Source: Verrucomicrobiota bacterium (GTDB taxonomy: Bacteria; Verrucomicrobiota; Verrucomicrobiia; Limisphaerales; JADLHS01). From it: a DNA stretch of 64,000 nt. Location of the stretch: NCBI GenBank assembly GCA_039806955.1, contig JBDHQI010000005.1, positions 39,118 to 103,117 on the forward strand, given 5' to 3'. Below are positions 41,437 through 49,070 of this stretch, one piece after another. How positions within the stretch are numbered: position 1 is the first letter of the stretch; every line of letters starts with the position of its first letter. The notes beneath the pieces were generated by a model. The model was given only the letters and a program-made list of their open reading frames with translations. It was not told the origin of the DNA and did not search any database. A program made the position numbers and the translations under genes.

Positions 41437-42522
41437 AACCCTGAAGAATTTGTTGCCATTGAACAGGCCGTCAAGGCCAGCGCCGCGCCGACGGAGATTG
41501 TCGCCGCATTCAACGAGTTGGCCGCGTTGCGCGCGCAGTTGAACAAGCTCGGCGAGGCGGAGAGTTATTACCTCAAAGCGATGAACTGCCCGCATCATCA
41601 CCGCATTTTTGCGGCCGAGCCGCGCAGTTATCGCGACCTGCCGTTGCGCCTCGCGGAATACGGCTGCTGCTATCGCTACGAGCAGTCGGGCGAGTTGTTC
41701 GGCCTCATGCGCGTGCGTTCGCTCAACATGAACGACGCCCACATCTATTGCACCGAGGACCAGTTCGCGTCCGAGTTCAAGGCCGTGAACGACATGTATC
41801 TGAAATATTTCAAGACGTTCGGCCTCGAAAAATATCAGATGCGCTTCAGCACGTCGTCGCCGGAGGGCCTGGGCAAAAAATACGTCAACGAGCCCGGGCT
41901 GTGGAAGAAAACCGAGGACATGGTGCGTCGCGTGTTGCAGGAAAGCGGCATCAATTACATCGAGGTCGCGAACGAGGCGGCGTTCTACGGCCCGAAGATT
42001 GACGTGCAGGTGTGGAGCGCCATCGGCCGCGAATTCACCATCGCCACGAACCAGGTGGACTTCGCCGTGCCGTCGCGCTTCGGCCTGACCTATCGCGACA
42101 AGGACAATTCCAACAAGACGCCGTTGTGCATCCATCGCGCGCCGCTCGGCACGCACGAGCGGTTCATCGGCTTCCTCATCGAGCATTATGCCGGCAACTT
42201 CCCGCTCTGGCTCGCGCCCGACCAGGTGCGCGCCATCACGCTCAACGACGACGCGGCGCTGATTGCTTACGCCCAGCCCATCGTGAACGAACTACGCGCG
42301 AACATGGTGCGCGTGGACACGGATTTCAGCGCCACGCCGTTCAAGGCGAAGATCGCCGACGCGGAAAAGCTCCGCGTCCACACCATGCTCATCATCGGCG
42401 GCAAGGACATGGAAGCAGGCAAAGTTTCCGTGCGCCTCCACCACGGCGGCCCGCAAGGCGCAAAGCCGAAGGCGGAAGTTCTTGCGAAGATTCTGGCGGA
42501 CATCAAAGAGCGGAAGGCGTGA
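41434..42522 (+). CDS. thrS: Threonyl-tRNA synthetase C-terminal fragment (zinc site, motifs 2 and 3, anticodon-binding domain)
   Basis: 362 aa. A 47-aa helical-looking extension (NPEEFVAIEQAVKASAAPTEIVAAFNELAALRAQLNKLGEAES) comes first. It is followed by YYLKAMNCPHHH, motif 2 (RLAEYGCCYRYEQSGELFGLMRVRSLNMNDAH), motif 3 (GTHERFIGFLIEHYAG) and the anticodon-binding domain. Confidence 0.9.
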   Translation: MNPEEFVAIEQAVKASAAPTEIVAAFNELAALRAQLNKLGEAESYYLKAMNCPHHHRIFAAEPRSYRDLPLRLAEYGCCYRYEQSGELFGLMRVRSLNMNDAHIYCTEDQFASEFKAVNDMYLKYFKTFGLEKYQMRFSTSSPEGLGKKYVNEPGLWKKTEDMVRRVLQESGINYIEVANEAAFYGPKIDVQVWSAIGREFTIATNQVDFAVPSRFGLTYRDKDNSNKTPLCIHRAPLGTHERFIGFLIEHYAGNFPLWLAPDQVRAITLNDDAALIAYAQPIVNELRANMVRVDTDFSATPFKAKIADAEKLRVHTMLIIGGKDMEAGKVSVRLHHGGPQGAKPKAEVLAKILADIKERKA

Positions 42523-44438
42523 ACTCGAATAGCATCGTGCAGCAGCCGTCATCAAATGATTCCCGAAAAGACCGGAGCGAACCGACAACTTCCAGAACTT
42601 TGCTCAAAGGATTTCGCGCAGACCGCAAGCACCACGGAAAGCTTTTGTTCGTTGATGAAAAGTTGAAGGTGTTTCCGACCGGCAAATGGTCTGAACTCTA
42701 CGCAAGCCCGCGCCGAGGTTTCCTCGTCGAAGTTGACCAGAAGGGTCAGTTCAAGCCCCTCAACATTTACAAAGACCCGCGCAGTCAAATCTTGCCGAGA
42801 ACGCTCTCCCGTTGGCTCAAAGAAGATTGGGAGATTCAAAAGGAGATAAAGAAGCGACGCAGAGAAGACAAAAATGTTCGGGCGATTCAACCGAACTCGA
42901 TTGTCGCGACCAGCACGGCGGCCCTTCCGAAAAGGGTTCTAGTCTTGGACATTGAAACGTCCGGCAAGCTGGACGAGCCGCCCAATACAGGAAGAATACT
43001 GCTCGTGGGAATCAAGGAGTTCAATCTGGTCAGTGGCGGTTATCACCCGTCGCCATACGAGCCGTTTGAGGGCAAACCTGATTGGGTAGCACTTCAGCAA
43101 CGCTTGAGCCAGCCGACGGATTTGATTTTGGGACACAACATATTCGGGTTCGATTACTATTTTCTCGAAACAATCATTCAGATTGAGCTGATCGCCGCAA
43201 AGACGGTTGATTTGTTCCTTTGGTTGTGCGCGTGCGTTGGATTTCACCGCGGCCTTGGGCTAAACGATCTTTGCCGACTCAACATCGGGGTGTGGAAGGC
43301 TCGATTTGGAAAGTCGCTGAAAGAGCTTTCCGCGCTACCCGACAGAACACATCTTCACCGTTACAACGAGCGCGACTTGGATTTGACTTTTCGGCTCTGG
43401 CTGCACGCTGTCGCTCAAAAAACAATCCAGACTCATGGCGCTGGAAATTTGAAGGCTACCAGCAGCGACCTCGACTATCTTTTTGGCCGCAAGCCAATTG
43501 TCGGACATCAGGCTTGGATGGAAAAGCGGCGGGCTTGGAACTCAAAGCTGCCTTCACCTCTACATCGTGAAGCTGTAATTCAGAGACTTGGCGACCACGA
43601 CGCAGAGAAAGTGGTGTGGCCGAGCTACAGCGTAATCGTCTGCTCGTGTTGCCGCCATGCGACGGTGTTCCAAGTTTTCGAATTATTTCAGCGAGACGTC
43701 GAGGATGGTGCGGACTTCCCTGGGCACGCTTTGATTAAACGGGAACTCAAGACCTACAGGCTTCGATGTGCGTGCGGCGAAAGCATCAAAGCCCGGAGTT
43801 CCACTCCTCCAATCTTGATTGGCAATTTCGCGATCAAATCTCCCCGGAAGCGAACCGATGGCTATTGGTCACCAATGCTGCACACTGGAGGACAGTATCT
43901 TCTCTCGCCATTTGAAAAGACATGGGAGCAGTTATTCCGAGAATTCAAACTCGGACGGAGGAGTTCGTCATCAACGTCATTCAAACGGAAGCCCACACCA
44001 GAGGAGGCTGCACTGTTGAGTGCGGCAGTCGGCGAAGAATTCAAACGCAGCATCACTTTCAACGAAAAGGGCACGGCCTATCTTTTGCTCGACGGCGGTG
44101 AGCCTTCAGACTGCTACATGAAGGAATACATGGCGGCTGGATTGGACGACGTTCTGGAAGAACACTGGAAAGGCAACGCTTCGTGGATTAGCCGCACGGC
44201 CCTCGACAGCGATGCTCACTGCCGGACATGCGGGGCTCGGTTGACCATTCACGACATCCCGCTTGTTCACCCGATTTTCCAAACTCCAATTTGCCAGCCA
44301 TGTATTCGCCTCGGACGGCATCGCTACTTTCATTGCGGCGAGTGGCAACCGAAGTTGAAGCGACGACGCGCAAAGTTTCTCGATGAATTAGAACCAACAA
44401 CCTCATCGCGGAATTTAACCGCGTTTTACATGCGTTGA
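42519..44438 (+). CDS. YprB-like DEDD 3'-5' exonuclease domain protein with C-terminal Cys-rich (zinc-ribbon-like) region
   Basis: Exo motifs are VLVLDIETSG, LILGHNIFGFDYYFL and HRYNERDLDLTFRLW. C-terminal Cys clusters are CSCCRH...CACG and HCRTCG...CQPCIRLGRHRYFHCG. The ORF-track start at 42012 overlaps thrS out of frame. The first plausible start is the GTG at 42519 (GTGA overlap with the thrS stop), and TTG/GTG starts up to about 42670 are also possible. GC is clearly lower than the surroundings. Confidence 0.6.
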   Translation: MNSNSIVQQPSSNDSRKDRSEPTTSRTLLKGFRADRKHHGKLLFVDEKLKVFPTGKWSELYASPRRGFLVEVDQKGQFKPLNIYKDPRSQILPRTLSRWLKEDWEIQKEIKKRRREDKNVRAIQPNSIVATSTAALPKRVLVLDIETSGKLDEPPNTGRILLVGIKEFNLVSGGYHPSPYEPFEGKPDWVALQQRLSQPTDLILGHNIFGFDYYFLETIIQIELIAAKTVDLFLWLCACVGFHRGLGLNDLCRLNIGVWKARFGKSLKELSALPDRTHLHRYNERDLDLTFRLWLHAVAQKTIQTHGAGNLKATSSDLDYLFGRKPIVGHQAWMEKRRAWNSKLPSPLHREAVIQRLGDHDAEKVVWPSYSVIVCSCCRHATVFQVFELFQRDVEDGADFPGHALIKRELKTYRLRCACGESIKARSSTPPILIGNFAIKSPRKRTDGYWSPMLHTGGQYLLSPFEKTWEQLFREFKLGRRSSSSTSFKRKPTPEEAALLSAAVGEEFKRSITFNEKGTAYLLLDGGEPSDCYMKEYMAAGLDDVLEEHWKGNASWISRTALDSDAHCRTCGARLTIHDIPLVHPIFQTPICQPCIRLGRHRYFHCGEWQPKLKRRRAKFLDELEPTTSSRNLTAFYMR

Positions 44439-44477
44439 ATTTGAAAAGTTTTACCCAAGTTGAACCAAGTTGCCATC

Positions 44478-44836
44478 GGAAGACCGAGGACATGGTGCGC
44501 CGCGTGTTGCAGGAGAGCGGCATCAATTACGTCGAGGTCGCGAAGTGTTAGCACACGGCCACCAGGCGGCGTCCTACGGGCCGAAGATTGACGTGCAGGT
44601 GTGGAGCGCCATCGGCCGCGAATTCACCATCGCCACGAACCAGGTGGACTTCGCCGTGCTGTCGCGCTTCGGCCTGACCTACCGCGACAAGGACAACTCC
44701 AACAAGACGCCGTTGTGCATCCATCGCGCGCCGCTCGGCACTCACGAGCGGTTCATTGGCGGCAATCAGTTACATTACGCGGGCAACTTCCCGCTCTGGC
44801 TCGCGCCGGATCAGGTGCGCGTCATCACGCTCAGCG
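44478..44836 (+). pseudogene. Decayed duplicate of an internal thrS segment (equivalent to 41903..42250)
   Basis: It aligns by hand to the functional copy: ...ACCGAGGACATGGTGCG...GGCCCGAAGATTGACGTGCAGGTGTGGAGCGCCATCGGCCGCGAATTCACC.... It carries an insertion of about 17 nt that creates a stop and a frameshift after ...INYVEVA, substitutions (AVPSRF to AVLSRF, FIGFLIEHY to FIGGNQLHY), and truncation at both ends. Confidence 0.8.
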
Positions 44837-44898
44837 GGATGCCCGTGAGCGTGATGTGGCTGTTGTAGATGATGGTGGACTTGTCGAACTTTCCTTCG

Positions 44899-44968
44899 TA
44901 GCAGCCGACGTGAGTCGGCTCTGACTTTTCGGTGGATTTAGATGGAGCGGACTCACGTCCGCTGCTAC
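44899..44968. repeat. Inverted repeat (REP-like hairpin)
   Basis: GTAGCAGCCGACGTGAGTC (44899-44917) and GACTCACGTCCGCTGCTAC (44950-44968) are reverse complements with 1 mismatch. The loop is 32 nt. Confidence 0.5.
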
Positions 44969-44980
44969 TGGGTTTTCAAT

Positions 44981-45160
44981 GATGTAGCCGTATTGTTTGC
45001 CGGGCGCTTTGCGCATGACGCGCCCGACGGATTGCACTACGTCCACGACGGAATTGCGCGGATTGAGGAACATGACGGCGTCGAGCGCGGGCACGTCCAC
45101 GCCTTCGGAGAGGCAGCGGGCATTGCTCAGGATGCGGCAGATGCGCCAGCCTTGACGCCT
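44981..45160 (-). pseudogene. Fragment of an SF2 helicase C-terminal domain (restriction-enzyme-type helicase)
   Basis: RILSNARCLSEGVDVPALDAVMFLNPRNSVVDVVQSVGRVMRKAPGKQYGYII contains helicase motifs V-VI (QSVGRVMR). There is no N-terminal helicase domain or upstream body. Confidence 0.5.
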
Positions 45161-45207
45161 CCATACTTGGTATGTTAAAAACACCCACTACTATTAGCAG
45201 TGGTTTT

Positions 45208-45660
45208 ATGCGTTGCCCTAAATGCGGTTGTCAGGACGACAAGGTTGTAGATTCGCGCGCTTCGCGTGAGGGGGCGACTATCCGCCGACGCCGCGAATGT
45301 ACCGCCTGTCAACATCGCTTCACCACTTACGAGGAAGTGGAACGCGACGGCTTGATGATTCTCAAACGCGACGGACGCCGCGAGGAGTTCTCCAAGGAGA
45401 AACTGTTGTCGGGCATTCGCAAGGCCTGCCAGAAACGCCCCATCAGCCCAAAGACCGTCGAGGATCTGGCCGATCAGATTACCGAAATGGTGAACAACAA
45501 ATTTGATGCCGAAGTGCCCGCAGAATTTATCGGCAAACAAGTGATGGACGGATTACGAGAGATTGACGAAGTCGCCTACGTGCGTTTTGCCAGCGTTTAC
45601 CGGCGCTTCCAAGAAGCCACCGATTTCGTTCACGAAGTCAAGAAACTAGGAACGCACTGA
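45208..45660 (+). CDS. nrdR: Transcriptional repressor NrdR
   Basis: MRCPKCGCQDDKVVDSR...CTACQHRFTTYE is the zinc ribbon, followed by an ATP-cone. The internal ATG at 45208 is the family-typical start. Confidence 0.9.
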   Translation: MRCPKCGCQDDKVVDSRASREGATIRRRRECTACQHRFTTYEEVERDGLMILKRDGRREEFSKEKLLSGIRKACQKRPISPKTVEDLADQITEMVNNKFDAEVPAEFIGKQVMDGLREIDEVAYVRFASVYRRFQEATDFVHEVKKLGTH

Positions 45661-46223
45661 TGGTTTGCCTGGCCCACAACTTCCTGTTTTTTCGTCTGCC
45701 TTCCGGCGACTCCGTTCCGGTCTCCACCAAGATGATCTCGGTGGAGCTGGGTCATGGTGTGCCTAATCCAAATGCACAGGAGGTATTGTCACAGGCCGCC
45801 GCCTCGGTGTTTCACTACTTCAAGCACGAGCTCGGTTACAAATCAGTTACGGTCGCCGAGTTTGCGGCGACGTTTGAAACCGTACTGGCCAAACTAGGAC
45901 TCAAGGCGGCCAACCTTACGCTGCAACCACCGCCGCCAACCCCGGCGGCCATCCATCAAAACCTCCCGGCCCTGGCTTTAAGCATCGGAGCCGCCGGCGA
46001 ACTGGCCTTTTTTCCGCGCCTGCGCGCCGCCGCCGTGGCTCAAGTTCAGACCACGCCACAGTTGGTGCGCTTCTCCGGCCTCCGCCCGTGCGTTAAACAG
46101 TTGCTCGGCGCCGAACGATGGAGCCCGCGCTGCGACCACTTACGCGACCAAATCCTGATGTTCCTGCGCAGTGTGCTGCGCAAGGAAACCGTAGACTGTG
46201 ATTGCGCGCTGTTGATCCAATGA
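45660..46223 (+). CDS. Hypothetical protein
   Basis: 187-aa ORF whose ATG overlaps the nrdR stop (TGATG). No motif recognised. Confidence 0.4.
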   Translation: MVCLAHNFLFFRLPSGDSVPVSTKMISVELGHGVPNPNAQEVLSQAAASVFHYFKHELGYKSVTVAEFAATFETVLAKLGLKAANLTLQPPPPTPAAIHQNLPALALSIGAAGELAFFPRLRAAAVAQVQTTPQLVRFSGLRPCVKQLLGAERWSPRCDHLRDQILMFLRSVLRKETVDCDCALLIQ

Positions 46224-46255
46224 TTTTTCTTTGGCCGTTCGGCGAACTCCGGTAA

Positions 46256-46609
<354 letters not shown>

Positions 46610-46618
46610 TTGTCGTTT

Positions 46619-47371
46619 GTGAAACTAATTTCGTGGAATGTCAACGGGCTGCGCGCGGTATTGCGAAAGAACTTTCTCGAGTTCCTCGACGCCGAGAAAC
46701 CCGACATCCTGTGTTTGCAGGAAACCAAATGCTCTCCCGATCAGGTCGAACAACTGTGGCCAGCGCAATACACCACCTACTGGAACAGCGCGGAACGCAA
46801 GGGCTACTCCGGCACAGCGATTTTCACCAAACAACGACCGCTGCAGGTTACTCCCGATTTTGGTCTCGCCAAACATGATGGCGAAGGACGGGTACTCGTC
46901 GCTGAATTCAAGGATTTTTTCCTGGTCAATGTTTACGTTCCAAATTCGCAACGCGAACTGACCCGCCTGGCCTATCGGCAGCAATGGGATCGGGATTTCC
47001 TGAAATTTCTCAAGCGACTCGAACAAAAGAAACCGGTCATCTGGTGTGGCGACCTCAACGTGGCGCATACTGAAATTGATCTGGCCAATCCAAAGGCAAA
47101 TGTGAAAAACCACGGATTCACACCGGAGGAACGCGCTGGATTCGCCGCTTACCTCGAAGCCGGTTTTCTGGATACGTTCCGTGAATTTGAACCCGGTCCG
47201 GGCCACTACACCTGGTGGAGTCCCATGGCCAATGCGCGCGCCCGGAACATCGGCTGGCGACTGGATTACTTCCTGATCTCGCCAGCCTTGCGCCCCCGGC
47301 TCAAGCGCGCCAAAATCCTGTCCCAAGTCCTGGGCAGCGACCACTGCCCAGTCAGCATTGAAGTAAAGTAG
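46619..47371 (+). CDS. xth: Exodeoxyribonuclease III
   Basis: The GTG at 46619 gives MKLISWNVNGLRA, and CLQETK and SDHCPV blocks are present. The ORF-track start at 46610 is also possible. Confidence 0.9.
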   Translation: MKLISWNVNGLRAVLRKNFLEFLDAEKPDILCLQETKCSPDQVEQLWPAQYTTYWNSAERKGYSGTAIFTKQRPLQVTPDFGLAKHDGEGRVLVAEFKDFFLVNVYVPNSQRELTRLAYRQQWDRDFLKFLKRLEQKKPVIWCGDLNVAHTEIDLANPKANVKNHGFTPEERAGFAAYLEAGFLDTFREFEPGPGHYTWWSPMANARARNIGWRLDYFLISPALRPRLKRAKILSQVLGSDHCPVSIEVK

Positions 47372-47516
47372 ATTTCTATCGGCGATCGGCTGATCGGATC
47401 ATCACCCATGACCAATCGCCTCAAGCCCGATTGACCCCAGCCCGAGCGAGATCGCGCGTATTTCGCTACGATGTTGTTGCCTGCCCCCCATTACTCCAGT
47501 AAAGTTCCCAACGCTC

Positions 47517-48314
47517 ATGAACCGCCGTAAATTTATTAAAACCTCACTCGCCACCAGCGCGGCGACTCTAGTCACCATGAAACCTGAATCTGCCGACGCC
47601 GCGACCGCGTCAACTCAGCGGGAGGTGTATGAGTTGGAAACCTACTCGCTGCGACCGGGAGCCCCGGCTGAACGTTTCGACGCGTTCCATCGCGACGTGG
47701 CGGTAGCCGCGTGGAATCGCGCCGGCGTCCAAACGGTGGGCGCGTTCAGTCCGGTGGATAACGCCGCGCCGCCCACTCGTCACGTGCTGCTCACGTTCGC
47801 CGACTGGAACGCGGCGAAAAACTGTCGGGATAAATTTGAAGCGGACCCATCGGTCTTAAAGGCAGGCTTCACCAATCTCCCCGCCACTGACCCGGGCTAC
47901 CTTCGCAAGGAAAGTTCCTTGTTGCTGGCGTTTGCGGGCCTGCCTCGAATCGAAATTCCCACACAAACCATCGCCAAACAGTCCCGATTTTTCGAACTGC
48001 GCACCTACGAATCACACAGTCGCCAAGCCAACCAAAAAAAAGTGGCAATGTTCAACGAGGGCGAAATCGCCATCTTCAAACGAACCGGATTGCAACCGGT
48101 TTTCTTCGGTGAAGGCTGGTCTGGTCCGCAACTGCCCAAGCTCACTTACATGCTGGTCTTTAACGATCGAGCCACTCGGGATCAGAACTGGAAGCGCTTT
48201 GTTGGCGATCCCGAATGGAAAAAGATGAGCACCACGCCGGGCTACACTGACGCGGAAATTGTTTCGCGCATCACCAACGTCTTCCTGCGTCCCACCAGTT
48301 ATTCGCAAGTTTGA
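47517..48314 (+). CDS. NIPSNAP domain protein with Tat-like signal
   Basis: It has NRRKFIKTSLATSAATL and two NIPSNAP-like halves (YELETYSL..., FFELRTYESH...). Confidence 0.7.
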   Translation: MNRRKFIKTSLATSAATLVTMKPESADAATASTQREVYELETYSLRPGAPAERFDAFHRDVAVAAWNRAGVQTVGAFSPVDNAAPPTRHVLLTFADWNAAKNCRDKFEADPSVLKAGFTNLPATDPGYLRKESSLLLAFAGLPRIEIPTQTIAKQSRFFELRTYESHSRQANQKKVAMFNEGEIAIFKRTGLQPVFFGEGWSGPQLPKLTYMLVFNDRATRDQNWKRFVGDPEWKKMSTTPGYTDAEIVSRITNVFLRPTSYSQV

Positions 48315-48416
48315 AGGTGCGGTGAGTTGAGCGACATTTGCAAGCCCACAAGCGTCAGCGTCTCGCACATCCGCACTCCGCCAGCAAACCCCGGACGAAG
48401 CGCGAAATTAAATGAC

Positions 48417-48989
48417 TCAAGCCTCGATCCGGTCCAACGCCAAAATCCAATCCAAGGCGGCAGGGAGATCATTGACGATGGGACAATTCTGCAAACGTGC
48501 GGCGTATTTTTGCTCCGTCTCGCGACCGTAACCGGTGCGAACCAAGATGCTGCGCCGCACCCCCGCGTTCCAACCACATTCCAAATCGCTCAATTTGTCG
48601 CCGACGAAATAAGAGCGCGTAAGATCAAGCCCAAACTCATCCCGGGCGGCGAAGAGAAATTGCGGCGCGGGCTTGCGCCCGTAACTGGGTTGCCCAGGTG
48701 CTTCCGGCGCAACGTAAATCTTCTTGATCGCAACACTGTGCCGCGCCAGTTCCGCGAGCAGATACTGATGCACTCGATCCACATCAGCCAACGTGAAATA
48801 ACCACGTCCCACGCCGGACTGGTTTGTGACGATGAAGAACTGAAAGTCCCGCGCCGCGATCCGTTGCAGCGCTGGAAAAATTCCCGGCGTGAACACCACG
48901 TCCTCGACCCGATGAAGGTAGTCGCGATCTTCAATCAACACGCCATCACGATCGAGAAAAATTGCCCGTTGTAAACTCATCCGCCGCAT
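48417..48989 (-). CDS. HAD-IIIA phosphatase, GmhB-like (D,D-heptose 1,7-bisphosphate phosphatase family)
   Basis: AIFLDRDGVLIED, FFIVTNQSGVGRGYF and YFVGDKLSDLECG motifs. Confidence 0.75.
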   Translation of the reverse strand: MRRMSLQRAIFLDRDGVLIEDRDYLHRVEDVVFTPGIFPALQRIAARDFQFFIVTNQSGVGRGYFTLADVDRVHQYLLAELARHSVAIKKIYVAPEAPGQPSYGRKPAPQFLFAARDEFGLDLTRSYFVGDKLSDLECGWNAGVRRSILVRTGYGRETEQKYAARLQNCPIVNDLPAALDWILALDRIEA

Positions 48990-49011
48990 TGTGCGGTTTT
49001 CACTCCATTGT

Positions 49012-49049
49012 CACCAAACAAAACGAGGGCGGTCCGGAAACCGCCCTCG
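49012..49049 (-). terminator. Rho-independent terminator downstream of the giant LTD protein gene
   Basis: On the minus strand: CGAGGGCGG-TTTCCGGA-CCGCCCTCG (9-bp perfect stem) followed by TTTTGTTTGG. Confidence 0.55.
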
Positions 49050-49070
49050 TGGAGATGGCATCGAATTCGT

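Noticed and set aside
42012-42518. The upstream 169 codons of the 808-aa ORF (track start 42012).
   Set aside because: They overlap the well-supported thrS C-fragment in another frame and are R/H/G/A-rich, which is typical of an alternative frame in GC-rich coding DNA. The exonuclease gene most likely starts at or after 42519.
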